Positions 27,338 through 37,539 are shown, counted from the stretch's first letter. The stretch: 62,851 nucleotides of DNA from a virus (IMGVR_UViG_3300017914_000417:1-62851), one strand, 5' to 3'. Notes: a model not told the origin generated them from the letters alone. Numbers and translations: made by a program.

Positions 27338-30300
27338 TTACGCCTGTGACTCTGCCCATGTAATACGCGCCGAACATTTGAACGGTGAGCTAGCCGAGAT
27401 ACCAAATGTATCTGAAACTTTAACAGCAACCGTGATAACGTCAGGTCCATTCGGGAAGACCCCATCGCCACCTAATATGGCGTTACCTAAGTCTACCAGA
27501 TCTCCTAGCTTGTAGTCTTGTGTATTCGACAGACGTACACCGTTGTTATCTGTTGCACCGCCCGAAGCACGGAAGTTAAATATTTCTACCCCGCCTGATA
27601 CAGTCTCGCCTGATTCGTGTTTCTGGAGTTGTGATAGCGATGGTTGCCCCACAGTTTCCCAGCTAATCGCGCTAAAGTCACCGTTCAGGATCAGCTTAAC
27701 TTCGCAGTCATGTGTTAGAACCAGACCAACCTCGTTCATCTTCAACTGCATTCTGTTAAGGATATCTCTTTCTCCTAAGAACCCTGTCAAACTAGAGTCC
27801 GCAGAAGGCGCAAGTCTTAGAGATACGAGAGGAATAGTGTCGGTACCAAGATCCACCGCTGTATCCGCTGCACCGCCCGCAGGAGCACCAATATTGACAA
27901 CTTCACCACTGGAAACACTTGGGTAAACAGCAGGTGGCTGATAATACAGGTAACGTCCTACATATATGTAGACACGAACACTGCTGCCAGAGAAATCAAT
28001 ATAGTCAACAGCCTCTCCATTAAGTGACTCATCAGCTGTAAACAACGGGGTACCTGTTGGGAACTTATCCGAATCTGAGGACGGGAAAGACAACCGCACG
28101 TAATAATCTCTCTGGAATCGACTTACAGCAGTGCTAACTAGTGAAGACGTAGCGTTGGCGGTAGCGGTGTTACTGTCACCACCTGTAAACGATAGCGCTC
28201 TAGAAGTCGCTGTAAAGAGGTACGCTTTATCGTCATCAAATGTACCATCCATAATAACCGAAGTACCCCAGTGGAACAGCTTCGGTGCATATGTTGGGTT
28301 CTCGTCGTTTATAACTTCGTAACGTGCTGGGATGTTACCTGAACGCATGTATGCTTCATCGAGTCTGTTGTTGTGGATGAACTCATGAACGTAACGGACA
28401 TGACCTTTACGATCCTTGAAGCCGAAACGAATCTTACCCGCACCGTACCAAGAGTAGTCCATATAGGCCATTTGAATCTTATTAAGGTCAATAGTAAACC
28501 CTTCTGGACCTTCACCATCACACTTATCAATATTCCAATCATCCTGTGGGACTTTAACATCCTCAGTTTTAGTAAGAATAATCCCGTCAGAACCGACCCC
28601 TCTATACTCAGGCTGCACAAACATTTCGGTAGCATTTGTTATAGATACTACACGGTAAGTTTGTCCGCGAATAACTACCTGATCTCCTGCGACTAACTGA
28701 GAGTTAAACAGAGTGTCAGTACCTACTATCTGCTGGCTATCGTTTGTTACCGCGATAGTGCCTGAAAGCTGAGTAACAGAAGAACGCCGCACACAAGAAA
28801 GTACCGAACCATTGTACTCAAAGAAAAACCCGTTCTGGTCATCAAACATGCCCGCACGAGTTCCAGCACCTGAATACCCGTTCAAGTTAAACTTCGCTAT
28901 ACCCCCCGCTATAGAACTGCTCGGTGTGTTAGCTAAAGTAAAGGTAAAGGTAAAGTCGTCAGTTACCGTAATATCAAAGTCACCGTTGTATTCATTGTCA
29001 GCAGCGCCAGATATCTTTATCGACTGCCCTGTAGCCATTCTATGTGGATACAACGTAGTACCTGTAGCGGTTGTGCTACTAGAGGTAAGTGTTTTAAACG
29101 TTATCGGCGGGTTGAAGTTAATAGCCAACGATGTCTGAATACCTTTACCTGACTGGTAACGGAAGTACTTACGGGTCTGTCTAGTAATCTGCGAGAACGG
29201 CGCAGTACCCGCCGCAATCTCTACCCCACCATCGAACGGTCTGTGGATAGCAAAACCGTCAGGACGTGCGTATACAGCTGTCCTCGAGAAATGTTTCTGT
29301 CCAGTTAAAGCGCGTCCAAAAGGAGCATCCAACTGCAAAGACAGATCGCTAGGTACGGATATAACTTCTCTTTCGATTAACTGTCCTGGGGTGTCACTAT
29401 CGTCTTTAATGAATATGGTATCTCCAGGCTTATAAGTACGTTTAAACAGCGTATTAGTGCCTGTGACCAACGCGCTAGATTCCGAAGTAGCAACTGTACC
29501 CGTAGCTTCCGCCATACCTGCTAGAGACGCGGCTTTAAAGTTATGTGTTCCAGAGCTAACAGCTGTAAGAGATATAGCATTTCCCCCCAACGCGTCTTCA
29601 AAACTTTCGCCTAGCTGGATTGTTGTATCATCTACTACGATTGCGTAGTAGTCAGTGCCGTCAGTCAGCCCTCCAACTGCGGTGTTACCATTTACACCGT
29701 AAGTTATTTTCCCGCCTAAAAGTAAGTTGTGGGTAGAATCGAAAGTAATCTGATCGTCAGTGGTATCTACTCCAGTATTACCGTTAATGGTATATGTTTG
29801 CCCTACAATCTCTTGCCCTGTTTCAAACTTAAGAGTTGACCCAGTTGTAGCATTGCTAGCTGTGTATACGCCGTCAATGGCACCTACTTGTGCTTCTGTT
29901 TGAAACTCTAGATCAGGAGAACCCTTACCGTTTAGCTCAATAAGTTGCCCTGTTGGGCTATCCGCCCGCAACGATATACGATTAGTGTTGATAACATTTG
30001 CATACACGGTGCCTGCGCTAAGGCTAGGGTACGCCCAGTTAGCGTCGTAGTAGTCAATCATATCCTGACAGATATTACGTATAGTCGTTGTACTCAGAGT
30101 GGTGGCGTCGTCTTTAGTAAACGCAAAGCGAATATGCCAGTGAGTAGTGCTGAAATCAGTATATGTATGAGTACGGTGATATAAGTATGAGCTATTATTG
30201 GTCTGTGCGTAGCCGTACATACTACTGTCACTTCTAGTAGTACCCTTTTGAATATGCAGAGTTACAATGTAGAAATCATCGCTAGAGGCAGTCCCACCTA

Positions 30301-33049
30301 TTCTAGACCATGTAATCAAACCTTCCCAGTTTTCCCCTGATGCAGACGTATAATAGTTGCCGCTGCTCTGGATTAAAGTTCTAGTACCCCCGTTGGTGCC
30401 ACTATGAGCGTTTTGATTTGTATAGCTGCCGCCACGCAAAGCCGCATACAGGAAAACATCGAAGAAAAGTCTATACGAAGTATTAGGTCTTTCTATATGG
30501 AAAGCAGATATATGCCTGTTAATAGACTGATTGTTTGATATCTGTTTTGATATATAGGTAGAGTTGTTACCGTTAGCGTTCCTCGCAGGTGAAATACCCG
30601 CGTGTATACGTGATGAAAACGGCCTACGTAAATCTGGATCGGACATCTGTGTATAAGATTGGTTAGCTTGGTATACATAACCACTATTAAACGGCAGATA
30701 TAACCTAACTCCATGCTGACCACCAGATTGGTTGTATATGACAGAATCAGTGTTTACCCCTAAGTTGGAAGTAACAAAATCTGTAGTGGTAACGCTATTA
30801 TCAGTTAATGCGCTATCAAGAGCAGCTTCCCAAATAGCAAATTCGTCCGCTGTACTGCCTACTCCTGGCTCCCCAGGCGTACTATCTTTAGTTCCTGTAG
30901 GTGTAGTTGGTAACACACCACTATTTACTGTTCCGAGAGTAACGGCATCACCTGACGCCAGCCCATGTCCTGGAATATAGAAACTGTTTTTTGTGACGTT
31001 ATCGCCTGTACCTGACCAACTATATGTACCTGTAATTTGATTTATTTCGTAAGCGCTGCCCCCACCATTAGGAGTGAGTCTAAAACGGTCATCGGAAACT
31101 TTTTCCACACCGTAAGTGCCAGCTCCAATAGTGCTTGCAGTTGGTGCGGTAGCGAAATAGCCGCCTCCTCCAGAAACAATTTTTATATCGTCCCCAGCAG
31201 ATTTAGTGAACGAAATAGTACCTCCACCAAGCAACCCGTGATCTTCAGAGAATAAAGTATCCCCTTCAGGATCTCGTTTCATAGGCAACCAGAACACATC
31301 GCGTTCATTATAGGTAACGTTGTAAAACCCAGCGTTGTAGGAATACATACGAATATACCCACCACTATTACCTTGATACATGTACCCAGCACGAAAGCTG
31401 TTCTTGTAATTGTTTTGGTCGCTGAAATAACCTTCGTGTTCGTAAGGATGATACACGTTAGGAGTAGTAGTGCTTTCGCCAAACACCATAGCAGATTGAT
31501 TATTTGTCGTGTAATCGTACTGCTCGTATAAGAATCCTAAATTACTGGCACCCTGACTTGTAAGCCTATGAGAAAGTCGCCGCCCTGTACGAGACGCCCA
31601 AACAGCACGTTCAATTTTACCTGTACCCCATTGAGCACTACCACTTAGTCCCCAACCTTGTGCGTCAGTATCGTAGTATGTGCGGGCATCCCAACCAGAG
31701 TAAGCGTTGGTCTGTGAACCGTTACCAAACTGGTTGGCATATGTGTAAGCGTAGGCATATGAGTCCCTGTACCGACTGTGGTACGCCCTTCTAATATGAT
31801 ACACCAAGCCAATACAAGCACGTCCGTAATTATAAGTACCCTGGCTAGTCAGTGATATAGCGCTACCTGTACGTGATGTAGATAGGCTAATGTTGTCGTT
31901 ATCAACATAGCTTACAAAATAAATTTCAAACCTATCAAGGCCCCCAATCGCTGTATCTCCTGAAGGTGGGATGTAGATAACTGTATCCCCTGTACGCATC
32001 CTGTGGTTAGTCCATGTGATTGTATTGTTTGATGTGTTAACAGCAGAGGCACCAAACTTAATATGGTGGACTGGCACATACTTTTTTGTTTCGGTTTTAG
32101 TAAGGTCAACCGTAGGTGTTATGCTTACAGTTTGTCTGTCGTCCACATGAGGATTACCATCGGCAGCGTCTGTGGTTGTAGCAGTCATAGTTAGTTTTTT
32201 AACAGCCACTGTGTTTAGCAAGTAGAACGCTGAGTCCTCAACAAACCCATGTGGGTTAGGGGTGGTTACGGTCAAGGTAGAGTTAGATGAGTTTTCATCT
32301 GTCTCAATACCTGTGTCAGTCTGATAGTTAATCTGAGAACCTGAATAAAACTGCCCTGGAGTGATAGTTGTATATACAGTACCGATATTACCTGTTGTAG
32401 TCTGTGCTGCCGCCGCTTGATACGTAAAAGATTCATCGCTAGGCACAGATTTTACAAGAAACTTACCTTCAGCGGATCTGGATGTCAGACCTTGAATATC
32501 AATAGGTGTGCCAATGACCAAACCGTGTTGCACATCACAGGTAACGGTGAGGATATCAGATCCATTAGAAGCGGTTATGCTCTGCACGATATCTAGGGCG
32601 GTCTCCCCATCAGCAGTAAAGAATGAGGGAACGTTGTTTGAACGCTCCAATGTCTCCCATTTGGTAGACTGAAGGCCGTATTCAAAGTCAGTATCAATGA
32701 GGTTTTCAGGGGTCGATACACGGATCTTGTGTACAGGATCTAGGAAAGAATCGTGCACATCCATTTTCTGGGAAACACGATCGACAAAAATCTGCATTTG
32801 AGTATCGTCATCAATAGCAGGCGACTGAGCGCTCATGTCTATATCTAAGACGATAGTAGTTTGTTCGGTGTCCTCATCGTAGGTTACAGAAGTAAACCCT
32901 TTAGCAGAGTCTGAGAACTGATAGATAATTTTGTTATTAGTGACATCAGTAATCAGCAGAAGTTCTTCTGCCTTTACGTGTTCGTCTACTACAATAGTAT
33001 CGTTAGCCGAGTCTACGGTGTAGTATGAAGCTAATAGTTGTTTTGCCAT
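27338..33049 (-). CDS. Very large virion structural/fibre protein
   Basis: 1903 aa, beta-rich; RVSTPENLIDTDFEYGLQ and RQTRKYFRYQSGKG blocks I recall from large cyanomyovirus structural proteins. Confidence 0.65.
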   Translation of the reverse strand: MAKQLLASYYTVDSANDTIVVDEHVKAEELLLITDVTNNKIIYQFSDSAKGFTSVTYDEDTEQTTIVLDIDMSAQSPAIDDDTQMQIFVDRVSQKMDVHDSFLDPVHKIRVSTPENLIDTDFEYGLQSTKWETLERSNNVPSFFTADGETALDIVQSITASNGSDILTVTCDVQHGLVIGTPIDIQGLTSRSAEGKFLVKSVPSDESFTYQAAAAQTTTGNIGTVYTTITPGQFYSGSQINYQTDTGIETDENSSNSTLTVTTPNPHGFVEDSAFYLLNTVAVKKLTMTATTTDAADGNPHVDDRQTVSITPTVDLTKTETKKYVPVHHIKFGASAVNTSNNTITWTNHRMRTGDTVIYIPPSGDTAIGGLDRFEIYFVSYVDNDNISLSTSRTGSAISLTSQGTYNYGRACIGLVYHIRRAYHSRYRDSYAYAYTYANQFGNGSQTNAYSGWDARTYYDTDAQGWGLSGSAQWGTGKIERAVWASRTGRRLSHRLTSQGASNLGFLYEQYDYTTNNQSAMVFGESTTTPNVYHPYEHEGYFSDQNNYKNSFRAGYMYQGNSGGYIRMYSYNAGFYNVTYNERDVFWLPMKRDPEGDTLFSEDHGLLGGGTISFTKSAGDDIKIVSGGGGYFATAPTASTIGAGTYGVEKVSDDRFRLTPNGGGSAYEINQITGTYSWSGTGDNVTKNSFYIPGHGLASGDAVTLGTVNSGVLPTTPTGTKDSTPGEPGVGSTADEFAIWEAALDSALTDNSVTTTDFVTSNLGVNTDSVIYNQSGGQHGVRLYLPFNSGYVYQANQSYTQMSDPDLRRPFSSRIHAGISPARNANGNNSTYISKQISNNQSINRHISAFHIERPNTSYRLFFDVFLYAALRGGSYTNQNAHSGTNGGTRTLIQSSGNYYTSASGENWEGLITWSRIGGTASSDDFYIVTLHIQKGTTRSDSSMYGYAQTNNSSYLYHRTHTYTDFSTTHWHIRFAFTKDDATTLSTTTIRNICQDMIDYYDANWAYPSLSAGTVYANVINTNRISLRADSPTGQLIELNGKGSPDLEFQTEAQVGAIDGVYTASNATTGSTLKFETGQEIVGQTYTINGNTGVDTTDDQITFDSTHNLLLGGKITYGVNGNTAVGGLTDGTDYYAIVVDDTTIQLGESFEDALGGNAISLTAVSSGTHNFKAASLAGMAEATGTVATSESSALVTGTNTLFKRTYKPGDTIFIKDDSDTPGQLIEREVISVPSDLSLQLDAPFGRALTGQKHFSRTAVYARPDGFAIHRPFDGGVEIAAGTAPFSQITRQTRKYFRYQSGKGIQTSLAINFNPPITFKTLTSSSTTATGTTLYPHRMATGQSIKISGAADNEYNGDFDITVTDDFTFTFTLANTPSSSIAGGIAKFNLNGYSGAGTRAGMFDDQNGFFFEYNGSVLSCVRRSSVTQLSGTIAVTNDSQQIVGTDTLFNSQLVAGDQVVIRGQTYRVVSITNATEMFVQPEYRGVGSDGIILTKTEDVKVPQDDWNIDKCDGEGPEGFTIDLNKIQMAYMDYSWYGAGKIRFGFKDRKGHVRYVHEFIHNNRLDEAYMRSGNIPARYEVINDENPTYAPKLFHWGTSVIMDGTFDDDKAYLFTATSRALSFTGGDSNTATANATSSLVSTAVSRFQRDYYVRLSFPSSDSDKFPTGTPLFTADESLNGEAVDYIDFSGSSVRVYIYVGRYLYYQPPAVYPSVSSGEVVNIGAPAGGAADTAVDLGTDTIPLVSLRLAPSADSSLTGFLGERDILNRMQLKMNEVGLVLTHDCEVKLILNGDFSAISWETVGQPSLSQLQKHESGETVSGGVEIFNFRASGGATDNNGVRLSNTQDYKLGDLVDLGNAILGGDGVFPNGPDVITVAVKVSDTFGISASSPFKCSARITWAESQA

Positions 33050-33058
33050 TATTCACTC

Positions 33059-33442
33059 CTACGACAAGGCTATCGCAAAGGCCGCAGCAAGCGGATCTGA
33101 CTCTGTAAGAGTCGCGTCTATATTACCAGCGGCGTTTTTATATACTGCTTTTTCTGCGGGTAGTGTAACAAAAATAGTCCGTGTACCCGTAGTCCAATCA
33201 ACCGCAGCATCAGAATTGCTAGACTGTAGGATGGTAGTACGAGCTAGGGTAGTACCAGAGGACGTATATGTCCCTATACCTATCTCAAAGTCTGTACCAT
33301 CTGTGCAACAGTAGTATGTTGTATTGCCGTCACCCACGGAAGCAAAAGTCTCAAACCCAGCCTCAGCACCTGCGAGTGTGTAGGTGCCAGTACCTGTAGT
33401 GGTCGTAGTCTCTTTTACACGGTCACGAACAACCAGAGCCAT
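33059..33442 (-). CDS. Tail/fibre adaptor protein
   Basis: DRVKETTTTTGTG...EIGIGTY..SGTTLAR; ends FAIALS. Confidence 0.6.
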   Translation of the reverse strand: MALVVRDRVKETTTTTGTGTYTLAGAEAGFETFASVGDGNTTYYCCTDGTDFEIGIGTYTSSGTTLARTTILQSSNSDAAVDWTTGTRTIFVTLPAEKAVYKNAAGNIDATLTESDPLAAAFAIALS

Positions 33443-33453
33443 ACTTACGCCCC

Positions 33454-33882
33454 TTACGCGATACGGATGATAGCGTTAGTGTCGTCAGCTGTTGGGAACT
33501 GGATAGTAAAGTCACCAGCTGTTGATGTCTTATCATCACCAAAGTCTAGCACAGCAATAGCTGCATTACTGTTTGATGTGGTGTAGATCAACGCGCCACG
33601 AGCAGTAATTGTTGCTGTTGAGAACGTAACATCATCAAAGTCAACGATAGCAGTATCAGTGCTAAGTGACGCAGCGTTTAGTGTCAGTGTCGCACCGCCA
33701 GCTGTGTACCCAGTACCAGTTACTTCGTTTGATGTTGTGTACGCTGTTGTAGATTTATCCAGAGTAGCTGAACTGTCGTACAACGCAATCTTGTATACTT
33801 GCGTAGTATCTGAACTGAAGTCCATCTCTCCATCGAGAATAGCCTTCTTAAAAGAGTTGCACATTGCTTGTGTGATAGCCAT
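33454..33882 (-). CDS. Virion structural protein
   Basis: MAITQAMCNSFK...KIALY...GYTAGG...AVLDFG.DKTST.GDFTIQFP. Confidence 0.65.
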   Translation of the reverse strand: MAITQAMCNSFKKAILDGEMDFSSDTTQVYKIALYDSSATLDKSTTAYTTSNEVTGTGYTAGGATLTLNAASLSTDTAIVDFDDVTFSTATITARGALIYTTSNSNAAIAVLDFGDDKTSTAGDFTIQFPTADDTNAIIRIA

Positions 33883-33893
33883 AATTTAGTCTC

Positions 33894-34526
33894 CTAGCTC
33901 ACAGGGTTTCTTACTTGGCCTGACCGATAGCTGTCTTCTCTCAACTTACCATCGCCCAGATTTTTGAGCAAACCAAGAGATTCTAAGTACATCTTTTCGT
34001 ACATAGTCACAATATCTGGTTCACCCTTTATGAAGCGCACGGCTTCAATTAACGCACCGTTTAACAGTGCACTATCAAACTCTTCGCCAAGCCACGGTGT
34101 AGTAGCGGCGGTTACAATAGATTCAGGGTAATACCCATAGTGTAGCTCTATTGTATACGCAGCGTCGGGCGTAGGTCCGAGAATAAAGTTTGCCGCATCG
34201 AAGTACCCATAGTGTTTCGGCTTGCCTGAGCCCGCCACTGTAGGGTACGCCTCACGAATAAAATTAACGTCTTTATTTAGCAGGTATGTGAAGTTATCGC
34301 TACCATCAATCACTGCCATAGAATAAGACCACAAGAAATCTGTGGGCACCTGCAAATATTGGTTGCCGTTTGTCGTGGTACCTGTTGCGTTTTTGCGGAG
34401 AGCGGGAAACTGAACACTATTATAGATCTTCTGCTCGGCCTGCTGTGTAAACATAGCAAGCTGGGCATCAGTGAACGTGGTCTCCACGATGTCCTGTATA
34501 TTAGCTTTCAGTTCCGTGTAATCCAT
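33894..34526 (-). CDS. Head-tail adaptor/tail tubular-like protein
   Basis: F..QAEQKI, LGPTPDAAYTIELHY, LLNGALIEA. Confidence 0.6.
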   Translation of the reverse strand: MDYTELKANIQDIVETTFTDAQLAMFTQQAEQKIYNSVQFPALRKNATGTTTNGNQYLQVPTDFLWSYSMAVIDGSDNFTYLLNKDVNFIREAYPTVAGSGKPKHYGYFDAANFILGPTPDAAYTIELHYGYYPESIVTAATTPWLGEEFDSALLNGALIEAVRFIKGEPDIVTMYEKMYLESLGLLKNLGDGKLREDSYRSGQVRNPVS

Positions 34527-34660
34527 TACCCATTTCTTCCGCTATAGTTACGCCCTTGCGTAGCTTTACCACAACCACGAACAAGTTTACCTGTATTATA
34601 TTTCTTCGGCTTCTTGATGTTAAGTTGCTGTTTAGGTGACTTTAACATATTTCTCTGCAT
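34526..34660 (-). CDS. Small basic protein (44 aa; absent from ORF track)
   Basis: GGAG RBS; MQRNMLKSPKQQLNIKKPKKYNTGKLVRGCGKATQGRNYSGRNG; VRGCG shared with 36320-36625. Confidence 0.7.
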   Translation of the reverse strand: MQRNMLKSPKQQLNIKKPKKYNTGKLVRGCGKATQGRNYSGRNG

Positions 34661-34678
34661 TTTTAACTCCTTTTATGC

Positions 34679-35161
34679 TTATGGGGTAACAACTGTTACA
34701 TCATCTACACTAGTAGTACCTGACACACCTGTTACAGAGAAAATAGCATCCCCCGTAACAGACTCACTGCCCAAACTCGTTGTACTAGATACACCGCTCG
34801 GGTCTACAATAACGTCGGTTGAAACAATTACCCTGCCAGGAGCAAAGAAGTTAGCCTGAATACTAGGTTTAAAAAGACCTAACTCAGATACATCGGGTGC
34901 ACCCGCTACTATCCTTAACTCACGACTTTTCTTGAATTGTACGGAATCAGGGCGAGGATCACGTAAAGCCTGCGGGTCATCCACAGGAAACTCACCAATA
35001 CGGTGCTGTGGGTGGTCGTCATCCCAGCACTCCATGCAGGCTTTTGTAGCTACAACGTTACCCTTAACCACCAGAGGTTTGAGTTCGCGCAACTTATATG
35101 TGAAGCCACATACGTCACATACGCCTAATGCCCGCCTACTTGATGCGAACCGCTCACCCAT
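34679..35161 (-). CDS. Zn-finger protein with C-terminal VTGVS repeats
   Basis: CDVCGF...CMECWD; DPQALRDPRPD. Confidence 0.65.
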   Translation of the reverse strand: MGERFASSRRALGVCDVCGFTYKLRELKPLVVKGNVVATKACMECWDDDHPQHRIGEFPVDDPQALRDPRPDSVQFKKSRELRIVAGAPDVSELGLFKPSIQANFFAPGRVIVSTDVIVDPSGVSSTTSLGSESVTGDAIFSVTGVSGTTSVDDVTVVTP

Positions 35162-35163
35162 CG

Positions 35164-35850
35164 TTAGACCCTATTAGCAGTAGGTACGAACCTAAAGGGG
35201 GTCTTTTCTCTATCTTCCCCAGCGGCAAGAATAAACTGCGCTTCGTACTCTTGTTTTAATAAATCAACCCGACTGATAAGTTCAGGCTCTTTCATAGCGA
35301 TATGATAAGCTAGCCCCGCCACTAGACACGGTAAAAAGCGGAAGTTCATATCCGCTGTCTCAACACCGTTTCCTGCGTCTTGGATGCGGCGTAAGCGCCA
35401 ATAAACGAATGTATAGTCATTAGTATTAGGAACAGGCCAGACGTTAATCTGGGGCTGGTCACGCTGTCTGTCGATCCACACCTGAATCGGCCTACCTGTG
35501 GATAGTTTGTTTGGGATAGTAGCATATGTGGTCACGCTGATACGTGTCATGCTTAGATCTGATTGTGTGGCTGCGTTACCTGCGTTTGTACGGATAACCT
35601 GCTCTAAAAGGTCAATCGTGTCTGCGGGTAGGTTGTACTGAGCTGTGTTCGCTGTAAGCGATACAGAGCCTTCGTCAACTGTCCATAGATTGATACCACG
35701 ATTCTGCCATTCAATGGTCATAAGGTTCATAGAACGACGAGCAGTACGCAAATCGTAGCCGCTACGCATCTCTCTACCTGCACGAGACCAAGCCTCTTCA
35801 GCAATCTCGGTAAAGTCCATATCAAAGGCGGTAGTGCCTGACGTAGCCAT
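35164..35850 (-). CDS. Head-tail connector/tail tubular-like protein
   Basis: TARRSMNL...WQNRGINLW, VWPVPN, RFLPCLVAGLAY. Confidence 0.6.
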   Translation of the reverse strand: MATSGTTAFDMDFTEIAEEAWSRAGREMRSGYDLRTARRSMNLMTIEWQNRGINLWTVDEGSVSLTANTAQYNLPADTIDLLEQVIRTNAGNAATQSDLSMTRISVTTYATIPNKLSTGRPIQVWIDRQRDQPQINVWPVPNTNDYTFVYWRLRRIQDAGNGVETADMNFRFLPCLVAGLAYHIAMKEPELISRVDLLKQEYEAQFILAAGEDREKTPFRFVPTANRV

Positions 35851-35853
35851 AGT

Positions 35854-36132
35854 TTACCTCTTCTTCCTGCGAGCAGCCTCTACACGACGTGGTTTGCCCG
35901 CTGGTTGCCCTAGCCGCTTCTTCTGGTTTATTCGCTTCCTCTTTTCGGCAGAGGACATTTCTGAGGAGGTCTTGGGTGTTTTAGAAGAAACCCTCTTGCT
36001 GGGGCGACAATATGGAGTACCCCGTTTTTCACCTTTGGTTCGCCCACATGCCTTCCCCGTGCGAACATCCTTCCAGTCCTCTTTGAACCACCTCTTAAGA
36101 GCCGCACCCTTTTTAGTTTTTCTTACTGCCAC
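35854..36132 (-). CDS. Small basic protein (DUF5872-like)
   Basis: LKRWFKEDWKDVRTGKACGR...PYCRP; probable GTG start at 36132. Confidence 0.65.
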   Translation of the reverse strand: MAVRKTKKGAALKRWFKEDWKDVRTGKACGRTKGEKRGTPYCRPSKRVSSKTPKTSSEMSSAEKRKRINQKKRLGQPAGKPRRVEAARRKKR

Positions 36133-36316
36133 TTTTGTTACCCCAGTTCTTAGCGCCCTTCTTGCGACAGGACGCAATAGCGCCAGAGGCATAGGCGGAC
36201 GGGAAGACTTTATAGCGTGACTTTACTTTGTGGTAACACGCATCTTTAACCGACCCGCCCTTTTTGTAGCCTTTACCACAGTTACAATCAGAACATGTCT
36301 TGTAGTAACTACGCAT
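36113..36316 (-). CDS. Small basic protein
   Basis: DACYHKVKSRYKVFPSAYASGAI..CRK; YKKGG motif. Confidence 0.7.
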   Translation of the reverse strand: MRSYYKTCSDCNCGKGYKKGGSVKDACYHKVKSRYKVFPSAYASGAIASCRKKGAKNWGNKSGSKKN

Positions 36317-36319
36317 AGC

Positions 36320-36625
36320 TTACCTCATTTTGGCTTTACGTACGCCTTTTTTAGCTATACCACAGCCACGAACCTTGCCACCCTTCTTATAAGAGTTTTT
36401 GGTCATGCCCCCAGCTTTCATACCTGCCTTCATGCACTTACCTGCGGCTTTACACTTAGCAGGGTTTGGGCAAGTAGGGCAGATAGAACCGCCACCAGCG
36501 TACGTTTTAGCCATTTTGTCCATTTTGTCCATTTTAGCCATTCCTCCAGCTTTCTTTTTGATAACCCCGCGCCCAATAAGCACGTCTTTCTGTGTGACTT
36601 TGCCGTCACCGCTTAGATCTTTCAT
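36320..36625 (-). CDS. Small basic Met/Lys-rich protein
   Basis: Probable start MKDLSGDGKVTQKD (EF-hand-like loop); four xxxGG motifs. Confidence 0.7.
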   Translation of the reverse strand: MKDLSGDGKVTQKDVLIGRGVIKKKAGGMAKMDKMDKMAKTYAGGGSICPTCPNPAKCKAAGKCMKAGMKAGGMTKNSYKKGGKVRGCGIAKKGVRKAKMR

Positions 36626-36626
36626 C

Positions 36627-36938
36627 TTAACAATTCCACTTCCTAAGACTTTTGTTGATACGGCTATTAGGATCTCTCGCTGTCTTTGCACTTGTAAGAC
36701 GTTTCTTCATACCCTTCATACGGGCGCAGAATGACTTACGGCGCTTAGCAGCCTTAGACCCCTTCTTAAGTTTGCTGGGCTTTGTAGTAACAGCTGTCTT
36801 TAGTTTACTGCCAGGATTTGCCCGACGGTAGCTAGCAACACCTTTTGCATTCAGCCCACCTGACTCACTTTTGCCTTCCTTACGTGTCCACGCAGGAGAC
36901 TTTTTTACGGAGCCACCTTTTTTATAGTCGCGCCGCAT
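36627..36938 (-). CDS. Small basic protein (DUF6321-like)
   Basis: AWTRKEGKSESGGLNAKG...RRKSFCARM...SLRKWNC. Confidence 0.7.
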   Translation of the reverse strand: MRRDYKKGGSVKKSPAWTRKEGKSESGGLNAKGVASYRRANPGSKLKTAVTTKPSKLKKGSKAAKRRKSFCARMKGMKKRLTSAKTARDPNSRINKSLRKWNC

Positions 36939-36947
36939 ACCCGCCTC

Positions 36948-37223
36948 CTACGAACAGAACACAGTTACGCTAGAGCAAGCTGTTAGATCCAAGTAACAGT
37001 CAGTCTCAAACAAGATACCTTTATCAGGGATGTTGACTGAGAATGTATCGCTAAGCCCAAATTCAAGGGTCAGCAGGATTGTACCTGATGACCCCCCGTC
37101 TTTAAGAACAATTTTTGGGCTACCAGAGGCAGCTGTTTTTACCTGAATCTGACGTACTCTAATACGACCATCAAAAACGGTCGCATCTGCGGTTTTGGTT
37201 ACTGCAAATACATCAGAACTCAT
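36948..37223 (-). CDS. Small virion/structural protein
   Basis: 91 aa, beta-rich, IPDKGILF motif, GGAG RBS. Confidence 0.6.
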   Translation of the reverse strand: MSSDVFAVTKTADATVFDGRIRVRQIQVKTAASGSPKIVLKDGGSSGTILLTLEFGLSDTFSVNIPDKGILFETDCYLDLTACSSVTVFCS

Positions 37224-37235
37224 TGTAAACTCCTA

Positions 37236-37466
37236 TTACGCGGTTGCTGTTGCGCCAGTGTCTACACGAATCCAGTTTGAACCGTCAGAAAACACGAGGT
37301 TGCCTGTACCATTACCTGCGGTTTCAGCGGCCTTACGAGCGTCTGATACATAATAGATGTAGCCTTCGTTGGCAGCATCTGCTGTAGGTAAGCTTGCAAA
37401 TTCGATTGGGTTAGCCCAGAAAGCAGTATTTGATTTCAGTGGGCCTGAAAAAGTAGAAGTAGCCAT
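37236..37466 (-). CDS. Small capsid-associated protein
   Basis: MATSTFSGP start, FSDGSNW motif; follows major capsid gene. Confidence 0.6.
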   Translation of the reverse strand: MATSTFSGPLKSNTAFWANPIEFASLPTADAANEGYIYYVSDARKAAETAGNGTGNLVFSDGSNWIRVDTGATATA

Positions 37467-37539
37467 TTTGATCTCCTGTCTTGGCTAGTGTCAGCCACAC
37501 CATGCAGCTGTCAGGGATACGTACAGTATAATACAAAAA

